Shown here in pieces: positions 39,980 through 52,323 of a stretch of DNA of 64,000 bases (positions within the stretch are counted from its first letter, which is position 1; each line of letters starts with the position of its first letter). The stretch spans positions 1,506,950 through 1,570,949 of the forward strand of contig RDEW01000009.1 in the NCBI GenBank assembly GCA_011109175.1. Direction: 5' to 3'. The translations under genes and the position numbers were made by a program. The notes under the pieces are model-generated. The model was not told the DNA's origin and did no database searches. It saw only the letters and a list, made by a program, of their open reading frames with translations. The stretch comes from Dicyema japonicum (taxonomy: Eukaryota; Animalia; Dicyemida).

Positions 39980-41760
39980 CACGAGTTCTTATCTTCCTCC
40001 CTTAACTTCCTGTCTATCGTGATTAATCATTTTCCTTCTTAATGCTTTTCATCTTCTTTTGCAAATTTTCCCGCTTTTGTTTATCACTGTTAGGACCCTT
40101 GGATCCTAATTTTGCTTTGATCCCAAAAATGTCATTTTTGCCTTAATTTTGAAATTATGTTAAAAGTCATTCTTATGTTTAAAATCAATTTATTGTATCA
40201 ACTTAGACCAATGTAATTGATTATAATCTCATGTGATTCACCTGTCTCAGGAAACTGAAAAAAATCTTGTTCTTCCCTACTCCATTGAAGGGGTTCGCAC
40301 AAGGAGGATATGAATGGACGTGATGTCTGGAAAATTTTTTTTCCTGTTAGAGGAGTTAAATGCCAACTCCTTATCCCCTCTCTCCACATCTAAGTCATTC
40401 GTCTTTCATCTTCTCATTCCAATGAACTACCATATAGCAGTTCGACAACTCCTTATCATACTCCTTGATTCCATGTTTACGTTCTAAGTTTCTTCAATAC
40501 AACTGACTGGATGTCCTCGTGCTTACTTTATAGATAACTTATCCATCAAATTCGTGTAACACATAAAGAGTGAAATAATATCTACTTGGGAGTCTTAAAG
40601 AACTCTCCAGCAAGAAGGTCATAGTTGTTAGCACTTCTCATAGTCAATAGCAGCCATAATTCATATCCACAACTTGGTGTCATCTCCGTCTTAAGGAAAA
40701 TAAGTATTAGACCTCAGACCTCTCCCAGGGACCGTCGAAGTAGAACTACTCACCAATAATCTGGGCATCGTCCATCTCTAGATGAAAAACAAGGTCGTTA
40801 TTTTTTAATTGCTATTACCACCAGGACTGGACATGAATGATCTGTGAGTACGGTTCTTTATGGTCTTCAGTTACATGTTAGCAATTTGGGAATAAATATT
40901 TACTTTATGACTATAGACCATTTGGCTAAAGAGAAAAAATCCTTAACTAACTAGTTGATCGAGGATCGACAAAAGGATAAGGTGAATCCAGCAAGGATAG
41001 ACATCAGATCGTATCTGAAAATTAATTATGTAGGGTCTGTCCGGCAAGATAACTGTCTTTAGAAATGGTTTAAAAAATGTAGTCAAAATTAAGTCAGATA
41101 TTTTTGTTAGTGGTTTCTTAGATGATGATGTTGATAGAGATGAACGAAGATCTCCATTGATCACAACGCACTTTGAATAAACTGTGAAATTGATTTTAAG
41201 TTTGTTGACGAATTCTAACTATTGGTAGATGGTGGATAGGTACCGTGGGGTCAATAATTTAATTAACCATAATTTATTTATCTAAAAACCTCGCAACCAT
41301 TAGCAGAAGGAACGAGATAGTTCCAGAGATCCTCCACCTTCTCTCCGAGGTCTGTGACCCTGATTAAAGCATAATTCAATCAAAAAATTAAATTACCGCT
41401 AACAGGTAGGAAATTTGCAACAGTAGAAAAGCACTCCGCTAAGACAGAAACCTCCCAGAGATCTACCGCTTTCCCGAAGTCCAGTACAAACAAATAAATC
41501 CATTTTCAGCCAGAAATGGATGATGTCCACATTTTAGGCGTCTGATTCCCATTTTGAATACTCTTTGGAGCAGTAGTTGTATACTTTTCGATATTGGTGT
41601 ACCCCACTTTTCTTGAACTTCAATAACTGTCGCCAAAAAATCATCTTAGATAACTTTTTTGAAGCATCCGCGGCATAATTATATTAGACAATTTAATTGG
41701 CGTTAGATTTTATAATTTCGACCTCACTCCGGACATTCTGACGAATATATATGATCCATA
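39980..41760 (-). mobile_element. Old RTE-like LINE remnants
   Basis: FVLDFGKAVD, TPSCGYELW-like motifs in broken frames. Confidence 0.45.
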
Positions 41761-41769
41761 GAGGCAGTA

Positions 41770-42270
41770 ACCCTTAACTAGCACGTTTATTTTTTAGACA
41801 AAATTTAATAGTTAATACACGTCCGCGTTGCCAGTAAACAGTGTTTATAGCTTCGTTTGTGCCATGTTTTCGACTATCCTTGCCGTTAGCCTTCTCCATC
41901 CCTTTCGTCGTCTTTCTCGCCTCCTGATTTCGTTCAGATCGTCTGCATCCATCAATCGGCCCTTGATAATCCTGCGCAAGTGTCCTGAGTAGACAATCTC
42001 TTAGACGTCTTCTGAATGTAGAAAATTCAGTATGGCCGAAATATTCTTCCATGACGGCATTGTATGGTATTTCTTCACCCATCCGTAGAACATGTTCAAA
42101 AAGATACCAATGGGCTTCAAGTACGTTCAGACTTATTGATCAAAAATCAGTCAGTCTGTATAATTTATTGTTTGAGATTTTCTTAGAATCGCCAAGTAAA
42201 GATCCGATTTTTTGGGTGTTCCTCCACTTCTCAACGCGGGTTGGCGTTCTTTCAATGTTGGTTATTTAAA
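41770..42270 (-). mobile_element. RTE-clade LINE 3' fragment
   Basis: RW.LF.H.LRMGEEIPYNAVMEEYFG..FRRR; homologous to 45420-45830. Confidence 0.75.
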
Positions 42271-42359
42271 ATTTAATACAAGAATTAATTAAAATATTCA
42301 AATAACAAACGAAATATATTTAAATAATAAATTCATTAGTTCTCGTCGTTAAACAGAAA

Positions 42360-44538
42360 ATGGATGGGTTGATCCCTGTAATAAACAAACTTTATGATAT
42401 ATTTGCCCTCACTGGAACAGACGGCATCAATCTCCCCCAAATTGTCGTCATTGGTGCTCAGAGCAGTGGAAAGAGCTCTGTCCTTGAAAACATAGTAGGA
42501 AAAGGATTCCTCCCTCGTGGTCATGGGATTGTCACTCGTCGTCCTCTGGTTCTCCAACTTGTGCACATCTCTTCTGACAAGAAGCTCTCTATATATGATA
42601 CTCAGTCAGAGAATGGGGGATTTTCGCCTGAAGCAGCTAGCGAGTGGGCGGTCTTCCAGCACCTCCCTCGACGGATGTTCCACGACTTTACCGAAGTAAA
42701 GGCAGAGATTATCGCGGAAACTGAACGTACCACGGGGATCAACAAGGTAATATATTATAAATATAGCAGGGGATTAGCAATGAACCCATTAACCTGAAGA
42801 TCTACTCTCCCAACGTGCTAGATCTCACATTAATCGATCTCCCGGGAATGACGAAGGTCCCAGTTGGAGATCAGCCCTCAGATGTGGAGCAGAGGATACA
42901 CGATCTCTACATGCGGTTCATTACCAACCCAAATCGATTATTTTGGCGATCTCCGCTGCGACGGCGGATTTTGCAACCTCTGATGCCCTCAAAATTGCAC
43001 GTGAGGTGGACCCTGAAGGGAATCGGACTTTGGCAGTGATCACTAAGTTGGATTTGGTGGACACCGGCACGGATGTTAATGACGTTCTGCGTGGGAAGCT
43101 AATTCCTGTCAAATTGGGGATTGTGGGGGTCGTTAACCGCAGTCAGAACGACCTAAATTCCCTAAAAGTGTTATCTTAACTAATTTCAGGATATTAAGGA
43201 GACTCTGAGGGATGAAGAACAGTTTCTGCAGCTAAACTATCCCGCCATTTCTTCGCGTAACGGTTCACCCTACCTTGCTCGACGCTTGCAATCAGTTTTA
43301 CCGCCAATTTACTTTAGTTGTTGGTTAACCACATTCAAGATGCCTTACCAGAGCTCAGAAATAAAATTAATTTTCTGATTTCCAAATATTCTGCACTCCA
43401 ACAATCATTTGGAAAATCTGTGGACGATAAAGTTTGGATTTGCTTTATACCAAGGCAAGATGCTTCTTCACTTTCTCAACCGATTTGCCACGGATTACTG
43501 TTCTCTCATAAACGGAAATACGACGAATCTGACTGTAAATGAACTGTATTTTTACCGTTTACTTGCAGCTGTGGTGGAGCTCGGATTAATTTCATTTTTA
43601 ATGACGCTTCGCTCATTGCTTGGAAGCCATTGACGCCCTAGATGGACTGCCGGCTGTCAAAATTCTCACATCAATCAGAAATGCGACTGGCACGAGGAAT
43701 GCTTTGTTTGTCCCTGATTTTTCTTTCGAGCTACTCGTTAAACAGCAAATCCGTAAATTTGAAGAGCCTTGCTTGCAGTGTGTTGACTTGGTACACGAAG
43801 AAATGCGAAAGATAGCCACACAGTGTGTTAATGAGGTATCTCTTATAAAAATGTCAGCTGGACTCTCTGCGTTTCCCGGAATTGGCCAGAAGGATCGTTT
43901 CTGTGGTGTACGATCTACTGGATGAGTGTCTGAGTCCGACCATAAACATGGTTAGAAATCTGGTTACCATCGAATTGGCCTACATAAACACTCGCCATCC
44001 ATATTTCAAGGAAGTTCAGAGCATTATGAGAAAGAATGAGTCCGCGAAAGTGCAAAAGGTTGTGGTGGTTCTGATTACCTCAGAGGCTGGCGTTGATGGA
44101 TCAGAGCGAACTCGTGGAAGCAGAGCCTGATAATGGAGATAGTGTTGGCTTACTAGTTTACTCTTAGAAACGGTTTGACTCTCTTAAGCTGTCTCCTAGA
44201 GAGAAAAGTGACTGCATTTTGATTGGTAGAGACTTGGATGACTCTTAGAACGTCTGATAAAGTCTTATTACAAAATTGTACGGAATAATGTGCAGGACAG
44301 CGTTCCAAAGGCTATAATGCACTTTTTGGTGAACCATATTATGAGAACCTCCACTCTGAGCTTGTGAATAAGTTGTACGTTACGGATATTCTGGACGAAT
44401 TGCTCTCTGAGAGTGACGCCATCAAAGAGAAAAGATTTGAGACGAACAGGATGATTGAGGTTGTCTCATGTATTAGTGTAGGCTTTGAATAAAGCAATCA
44501 AGGTTCTTGGAGAGATTAAATCAGTACAATTTTTGTAA
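42360..44538 (+). CDS. DNM1L: Dynamin-related protein Drp1/DNM1L
   Basis: [22 protein letters not shown] GTPase motifs, middle domain and GED, no PH domain; ten introns of 22-25 nt; four single-base homopolymer deletions. Confidence 0.93.
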
Positions 44539-44754
44539 CTAATTAAATAAATTATTAATTCACTTATTATGCATTATATTTATTTCTATAATTTTTAAAT
44601 GGAAGCGCGCTATTTAAGAGATTTCTCAGTGACTTAGCTCTCTCGTGATTGAAGTGGAGACTTATTTTGCCTACCTGGTCGAAAGATTTTATAGTTAAGG
44701 TTATTAAAAAAAGCGTAACAGCTAACAGAATTGTGACGAAATTAATATTCTGCA

Positions 44755-45130
44755 TTTATTTAACCCAATATTTAATTATCACGTGATCCCGATGCATTCC
44801 AACAGTGATCTCATCTTTTCCCTTTGTTCCTCCCTCGAGCCCGCACATGAAGGACAGGAAGGCTGACTGAACTTACAGGGTCGCAATCTGGAGTCTAGTT
44901 TCATAAGGGTCTCCGGAGGTGTCGGTCCGATTATCTCCACAAATCCAACGCTCCGTTACTCTGAAAGCCCTCTTTGGCATTTCCTCGATCTTCCTTATAT
45001 TTGTCCAAGATATAAACGGTCTCCGTGAGGCGCATGCATATGAGAAAAGTGGCATGATGTAACGTTCATCAGTACTGGGTAAGTACCAATCTTCGATATT
45101 CCCAATAAACTTTTAATCTTACATGATCAC
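44755..45130 (-). mobile_element. LINE family A 3' fragment
   Basis: YACASRRP..., ends LLECIGIT*. Confidence 0.8.
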
Positions 45131-45171
45131 CACACTTGGAAGATAATGAAATTGGGGTCAGAAAACATATA

Positions 45172-46620
45172 CAGTACAACCTCGCCTCAATAAAACCTCG
45201 AAATGGAGCACTTTTAAAAAAATCATTTTATGATAGTTTATTAAATTTCCGACCAATAGAATAATAAATAAAAATCATCGATCCCACTTTTTGGGGCATT
45301 TTTATTGAATAAAAATTCTATTTATTATTCTAACTTTAGCGTGTCATTATTAAACCATCAATTTCTGGTGAAAAGAATTCCTGCGACAAAAATTCAATTA
45401 AAAAATTTTACAAAGAGTATAGTTAGTTAAAGCACATTCGCGTTACCAGTATACACTGTTTATGGTTTCGCTTGTGCCGTGTTTTTCGATTATTCTTTCC
45501 GTTAGTCTTCTCCGTCCTCTTCGCTGTCGTGCTCGTTACCTGATTTAGTCCAGATCGTTCCCATCCATCAGTCGGCCCCCGATCACTGCGTAATCCTCTG
45601 CGAGTATCCTTGGAAGACAACTTCTTGGACGTCCTCTGAATGCAGGAGATACTGTATGGCCGAAAAATTAGTCCATGGCTGCATTGCAATATATTTGTTC
45701 ACCCATCCGTAGAATATGTCCAAAAAGGCGCCAGCGGGCTCCAAGTACGTTCAGACTTATTGGTCCACAATAAGTCAGTCTGTATAATTTATTGTTTGAG
45801 ATTTTCTTTGGCCAAAAGTATCCAAGGAGTTTAGTTAGTTGGTCTCTGTGAAACGAGTCAAGTTGAAGAGTATAACGAGTTTTTTAGCACGTTTAATATA
45901 TAAGATATTATTAATTATGATTAAACTTATTTTTTGATTAAAAAGAATTCAAATAAATCATTTGTCACTAAAGATAAAAATTGTTTTGGTAAAAAAATCT
46001 GTAAAGAAAAGATATGTCCTTTTATGCTGTAGTATTAAAGGTAAAGTAAAAACCGTTGGTTATCGGAGTTTAAATCACCGAGATGCCTTAAAATATAAGA
46101 ACTGAGGATTATGGAGTACTAATTTTAAATTATACATATAGGTTATATGCAGGAATGCATGGATGAATAGTAATATCACAATTGGTTACTAAAAATTAAT
46201 AGTGAAATGTTCGTACAGAATCGAAAAATTTTTATTTTTCTTGATAATGCTCGATGTCACATTTGTCAAAATTATTCTAATCTTACTTTCCTCCAAGTTC
46301 CAAAAAATACAACAGCCATTCTTCAACCACATGGGGATTATCAATTCTTTTAAATCTTCACAATCAAATGTCCTCTATGAAACAATTTATATCGACGATA
46401 TTTATGAAAATTATTATGAGAGTTTATTAAAGATAAATATGCGACAAGTTATCGTATTTGTTGGAGAACCCTGGAATCGAGTAACTTAGGACACAATAAA
46501 CAATTGTCGGAATACATGAATTTATAATTAATATTTACGAACGTCTCCAAGAAATTACGGAAAAAATACAATATTGGGGGAAATTAGCGATTACTTTTTT
46601 AATTAATAAATAAAATAACT
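45172..46620 (+). mobile_element. pogo/Tigger remnant interrupted by an RTE insertion
   Basis: TA-CAGTACAACCTC end; DDE motifs NAWMN, FLDNARCH, MGIINSFKS. Confidence 0.6.
45420..45830 (-). mobile_element. RTE-clade LINE 3' fragment with (TAAC)n tail and ~14-bp TSD
   Basis: RWRLFGHILRM, FRGRPRS; gagtatagttagtt on the left and gagtttagttagtt on the right. Confidence 0.75.
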
Positions 46621-46734
46621 TTTTTATATTTTTAACATGCTCTTTAATTGAACAAATTAAAAAATTGTATTGAAAAATTTATAAATTATTTTACTCTATA
46701 TTTGGGGCGCTTTTCTATTGGGGAAGGGGTTATT

Positions 46735-47350
46735 ATTATTAACCCGATTACTAAGTTAATTAAGTGATCTCGGAGGCCTATCAGATTTCTCATCTTCTCC
46801 TTGTGCGCCTTCTGGGATCCAACGCAACTTCTCTGTGGGCGGGATGATTTGGGGAATAGGAAATGGAGAGGGGTGATATATACCCTTCTCATAAGACACG
46901 TCCAGGTTGTGTACTGTCGGGAGTTGCATTGCCTGCACAGGGAAGCAAACCCTTTCCATTTGGTCGGATAAAGTCTTCAAGTGATGAGGGGATTAGTTCT
47001 TCTAGTTTTCCGAGATTATAATAGTAATGGATGTGAGGACTGAATGTCTCTGATTTTTTTGTTCGTCTGGGACCCCATGACGCACAGGCATAGCTGACAG
47101 ATGGCTCAATTAATTGTTTTTACAATAATTTCAATGATGGAAAGGGGGTCTTAATGCCACCAATAATAGGAAAGGTATTTTTGTTTGGTTGATAAATATA
47201 TCCACTGTCATTTTTCCAAGTCGGTTTATAAGGACGATGATGATTTTTCAGTAGATATATCAAGCCAGTTATAATTTAGCCAAATTTGAATCTTGTGAAG
47301 GTATTCTTGATGCATTTATGATGCTTCTCCTGATCGCGAAATCCGACTAA
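46735..47350 (-). mobile_element. LINE (B-related, family D) 3' fragment
   Basis: EPSVSYACASWGP; ends ASEIT*; tail (TAA)n. Confidence 0.7.
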
Positions 47351-47499
47351 TAGGTCATCAGTAGGGCGATTTTATTTAACCTAAAAAATAAAAAATTTAA
47401 CCTAAAAAAATTAACTTTATTAACCTAAAAACTTTTTTTTTCTTTTTTTTCTGAAAAAATAATTTCTCATTAATAAAAATTTTTTTAACAATTAAACAA

Positions 47500-47600
47500 A
47501 TGTCAGTTGAGGAAGCCTGCTGCGTGGATTGCGAACGAGTTCCCTCGGAGTATGGCTATTCCAATCTTTTGTCTTAGCCATAACCCTTCTCGTTGATCTA
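47500..47600 (-). mobile_element. CRE-like 3' end fragment
   Basis: DQREGLWLRQKIGIAILRGNSFAIHAAGFLN*. Confidence 0.65.
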
Positions 47601-47609
47601 AAAACTAAA

Positions 47610-48034
47610 AAAAATTAACCCAAAAATTTAAATTTATAACTAAACAATAAAATCACATACAAAGAGTAACAGACTTTAGGAAATTAAGAAATATTATTCA
47701 CTGTTTTTCTTGAAATTCGAATATTAAATAAAATAGAAAATCTGTGAGTGATTGTTGGCAAGGTGTAGTATTATTCTAGTCTTAATACCTAAAAATTACG
47801 AGTTTTTGAAAACAATTAAGCCTTGACGAGAAGCTTTCGAACACGTGGTAAAATTTTTAGTCTGAAAATTGGATTTTTAATAAAATAATTGAAAAAGATT
47901 AGTAAAAATAAATTTTATGTTTTTAATAATGTGTGGCCAATTTGAGAATTGGCCAATTTCTTTGAAACCCTGACGTGAACTTTTAGCCATAAATTGGCCA
48001 ATTTAAGGGTTGGCCAATTAGAGGGATTTCACTG
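47610..48034 (-). mobile_element. pogo/Tigger left end with N-terminal HTH remnant
   Basis: TA-CAGTGAAATCCCTC TIR, repeated ttggccaatt subterminal boxes, ISRKTVNNI motif. Confidence 0.6.
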
Positions 48035-48137
48035 TATAAGAAAATTCAAAAATTTATAAATTAAATATTATTTATATAATTAACAATGATTAGATTTAAA
48101 TGATAATTATCACCAAGCTAAAATTAATCTATATTGA

Positions 48138-49275
48138 ATGAGCTTCAGTTCAAGCTTCGATAGCATATCCAACTTCAGTTTTACAAATTTTTACAACGAG
48201 TTTGATTATTCCGACTCCAGCAAAACCACATCAAGTTATCTAGCCACAGAAAATGTAACATTCAATTCTAAGCCGTAGGAACTAAAAAATTCAATGACAG
48301 AGTCCGCTAAAAACGTGTTTAATTTAATGGACTCAATTCTTTTCGACCACGTGGAAAATACACAATTCAAATCCCTGGAAGAAGAGTGTTCTAATTGGAA
48401 GGAACATTTCCTACACCTTCGAGTTACCGGCCATAACTACGCAGGGCTAGGGGTTCCGGCTAAAAACACCCAGGAAGATGTTTTAGAAGTTATAGCTATG
48501 GACGGAATCCCACCAATCGAAACCACGTGGGTTGAGGAATGCGAATACCTTCGATGTGATTTGCTCTGTTCAGCTCAATTAGAAGCATCCATAACTGCGG
48601 GACTTTCTCAGATTCTTGCCTGGAAGGTATTCTGTTTGAAAGGATTTTGGTGTACGAATTGATGAAACCATTTTTGCTAAAATTTGGTAAGGCAGCCATA
48701 GATAGACGACGTCATCACAACGAGGTCGTGCAGAGACAGGTTGTCCCTCATTCAAATTACAGAATCACCAATATAGTTGTTTTTTGTTTTATTTTAGCCA
48801 TCCAACAGCAAAGTGGGGGCAGAACAGTTAGGCCACTTGAAAAACTGTCTTAAAGTCACCTCCAAAGAGCTCCATTCAATTTCAAAAGAAGCGGTCCACA
48901 CATTGCCATTAGGGTTTATTGCATCTGAAATTAAAGAAAAACGACGCTCCCTTCAGCTAAATACTCACGATTTGTACCCCCTAAAGACGATAAAATTGAA
49001 TCAATCTCCCTTCAGGTATGTCAACATTGGATTACCTCCAGAATGGTATAGTTGGGAGGAAAATAGACACAACAGGGTTCTCTGAACATCCCGCTAATCT
49101 TCTGAAAAATAAGAGTCCGGAAATTGAACCGCATGGAGCGGATTTTAAGGATGGATCCAGTCAGAAATCGCCAACTTCATTAGACCACGTGCGTGGAGAA
49201 CAGAATTCCCTGATTTTATTCACTTTAAAGGTTTTTATGTGCATTATCATCGCAGAAGAAAAATCTGAATTTTGA
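48138..49275 (+). CDS. FAM149A/B (DUF3719)-like protein
   Basis: VFNLMDSILFD...LEEECSNWKEHFLHLRVTG matches the recalled FAM149 core; rest of the exon chain approximate. Confidence 0.6.
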
Positions 49276-49589
49276 GCGGATAACGAGCGCCTTTCATTGG
49301 CAAAACATCGGTAAAAAAGACTCTAAAGTGAAAAAGCTGTCAAAAAGGCCTCAAACGACTTTTCCTACCTTTGTGCTCAGTTTTCATAATTTTTAGAAAT
49401 TTTCCAAGCAATTTGAAGACACAAATGTGAGCACAGTCCTCAGCATAACTCCAAGTGGTATTGATATTGTAAGCAGTCATAGAAAGAAATATACGCAGCG
49501 AGAAAGTGGACTGTGGTAAGACGTCAATATAGACATTAAAGATTTACTAATTTATAAATGTATTTATTCCAATGTATGCTTTAATTTAA

Positions 49590-50050
49590 TATAAATTGGG
49601 GATATCTCCTTTAAGCCATTCAAGACCAGGTTGGATGTCAACTAAAGCCATCACAAGCTTTGGTATCAAGTTCTTGTACATTTGGAACGCCTACGAGGTA
49701 GTCACTACATGGATTTACGTTCGTATCAATGGTATTAGACAATAGTCTTCTCCACTTGACGACCAGAAGACTGGTAACTTCTTCTCTTGTCTGGGTCCAC
49801 CGCCGAGTTCAACACAGAATTAAATAAACATGTCGGATCTCTGGAGCGATCGCTCTTGACTGTGAAGTTCTTGTTAGCCACCGGTTTCTTTCACTCGAAA
49901 GGACCGGGGGTAAATATATAAGACCAGGTAGTGTTTAGTGCTGTCGGTCAGGTCGTGTTAACGGTGGGTTAGATTTTACAATGTTTTCTACTAGCACGAA
50001 GGATTCCTTCTCTTTGTCTCGAGAACGAAATCGTCATTAAAATCTTCACA
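49590..50050 (-). mobile_element. RTE-like RT C-terminal remnant
   Basis: LFNSVLNS and related motifs in broken frames. Confidence 0.35.
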
Positions 50051-50169
50051 AAGAATGACGATTTCGTTCTCGTCCAGTATTTCTGTTTGAGTTATTTCTT
50101 CTTCATTATCAAGTTCTCCCAGTTCTTTTCGGTACTGACTCAAAACAAAAACTTGCATGATATAAACAA

Positions 50170-50615
50170 TTCATTAACCATGCATCTCTTATGCATGTGG
50201 TATATGGGGCCCATTCATCTCTTGGACAAATGTCTCGAAGATCCGGAAAAGAGCCTCCAAAATCACGGAACGCTGGATTTCTGGAGAGTTCCAGCCATCA
50301 ATGCCTCTTGAAGCCTTTATACGAATGAACCATGGAACGCGCCTTCGTGACTGCTAAGGTCCAGTCACTCGACCGATACGTGCTTTTGTGGGGTCGAGGG
50401 AGGAGCATCGGGCCAAGATGAGGAACTCGTGAGGAGTGGGGGAGTTCTGCCAAAACTCTAAACCTCCGAAAAATCATTCGTCCACACAGGAAGTGTGTCG
50501 GCATTCGGGAGGAACACCGAGAAAATATGAGGTGGCTGCTCAAGGAGGCCGGGATCACCTGACAGCCATCACTTTCTTTTGTTTTGTCCGTGATTCTTGG
50601 TTCTAAATAAATAAA
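50170..50615 (+). mobile_element. Chimeric LINE 3' fragment: family A body joined to family C 3' end
   Basis: 50170-50425 matches A (10329, 51775); 50425-50615 matches C (56405, 57380); ends KEAGIT* with (TAAA)n. Confidence 0.8.
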
Positions 50616-50799
50616 TCTTCATTGATGAGAAATTATTATATATGCGGCCCTCGAAGCGAAATGAGTTTGAAACCCCTCCTTTAAAACGTTTAATTTAGTC
50701 ATCGATTTTCTGATGAGGAGTGTGACTGTCGATTTTGAGGGAGAGATCTTCAATATATTGTCTGATAGCCAATCATTTAGTTTTTAAGGTAAATTTGCA

Positions 50800-50945
50800 T
50801 GTTTTGTTGAATTCATCAAGTCGTCTGCATAGGACAACTAAGAATGCTACTCTCATCTGGCTGCGGAATATCAAACAGGAATAAATAAAATAGTGAAGGG
50901 AGAGAAATGAACCTTGAGGGACTCCGTTTTGAAAATATCTGCAAT
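50800..50945 (-). mobile_element. LINE RT core fragment
   Basis: NGVPQGSFLSP...YADD. Confidence 0.6.
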
Positions 50946-50959
50946 GTGAGGATTTTAAG

Positions 50960-51170
50960 CGAAATTCATTTGACGGAAATGAAATTGCATATCAATTTTA
51001 TAATTTGATATGGTAAAGAAAAAAGAGTAAAATGTAATATAGCGGCTGCCCTGACTGCGTGGCTTTTCCCTCTTTGGATGGCGAGCGAAATTCGCTCAAA
51101 TAACCAGCAGCGCTCACGAGGGTCTCCTGATCGTGTAGCGATCCGATTCCAACCTTCTTCCCACTCTCCA
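50960..51170 (-). mobile_element. CRE-like 3' end fragment
   Basis: IATRSGDPRERCWLFERISLAIQRGKSHAVRAA. Confidence 0.7.
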
Positions 51171-51194
51171 AAATCACCAAGAATTATGTTAAAA

Positions 51195-51640
51195 ATACTA
51201 ATTAAGTGATCCCAGTATCCATTCATCCATAGATTCTCCTTACGTGGATTTCCAATGTCCCAACTATAGAATGATATAACCTCCGCGGATGCTTACAAAG
51301 GAAATCGAACTGTCCTTTTTAGGACCGGTCGATGTTCCTGTGCTCGAGAAACCGCATCTCCCAATGGGATTCCTGTTTCTTTGTAGACACAAAGGAACCC
51401 ATAATCATGGTTCTTCGTGGAGTCTTCTGAAAAGAGAGGGAAGGGAGTTGTAATAGTGTAGTTCTCCGTCTAATTGAATTTAGATATTGAGTTTAGAGGA
51501 TATCAAAAATCTCCATGCAGTAAAGGCACATTCATTTGTTGGAACAATGACCAGGCTATACAATCTAGATATGCAGTCCATAGGAGGGAAGGGTAACTTC
51601 TTACGATAAGCTTCCGTTAAGCTTCCGCAGACCTTGGACA
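51195..51640 (-). mobile_element. LINE family B 3' fragment
   Basis: Ends MDTGIT* followed by ttagt; GFLCLQRNR-like knuckle region. Confidence 0.65.
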
Positions 51641-51737
51641 AGATGATGCACCAAAGAGTTCAAATTTAAAACTATAAACTATAATACACTCAATCCCATA
51701 AATGTTGACCCAATTCCCATAAATGATGTAATAATAA

Positions 51738-51868
51738 CGCCAGATACCACGGTTACACAAACTAACTAATCACGTGATCCCAGCACGCTCTAGTAGGGAC
51801 CTCATCTTGGCCCGATGCTCCTCCCTCGACCCTACACAAGCACGTATCGGTCGAGTGACTGGACCTTA
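51738..51868 (-). mobile_element. Very short LINE family A 3' end
   Basis: Near-identical to the A part at 50345-50430; ends LLERAGIT*. Confidence 0.85.
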
Positions 51869-51874
51869 GGATAA

Positions 51875-52190
51875 TTTAGATTATTTATTAACCCCGGATA
51901 CACCGAGAAATAAGTTAAAGTAAACAACTAATTAAGTGTATCCAGTTTCCACAGAAACAGAGTCCATCCGTAATCAGCATAAAGGGTAAAAGACGTCTAT
52001 ACTTGCAGTTGTGTAAACCCTTCCAGTGGAGTGGGGAAGAGCAAATAATCCTTTTTTTGTGCCGACCTGGCACTGGGTGCCACCTAGACAGGTGTACACA
52101 TGACGCCACTCTAATAGTTAGAGAGGGGAGGAACAGACGAACAAACAGAGAATTCAACCAATTAGCGACGAAGCACCACATGGCGCCACG
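51875..52190 (-). mobile_element. LINE family B 3' fragment
   Basis: 3' UTR ctcggtgtatccggggttaat; ends ETGYT*. Confidence 0.7.
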
Positions 52191-52323
52191 CATATATTAT
52201 AATTTACTTTTATCCAATGAAGTGGACCAGAGTTGTCCAAATTTAAAACTTTAATTTTTTTTGTTTTATAATTTAATTTTATCAATTAATAAATTTAAAG
52301 GTTTTTCTGTGATTAAAAATTAA

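Noticed and set aside
42925-44350. Four frameshifts in DNM1L, and more in cathepsin L, as programmed frameshifting or insertional RNA editing
   Set aside because: All are plus or minus one base in short homopolymers with no shared motif, which is typical of long-read assembly error.
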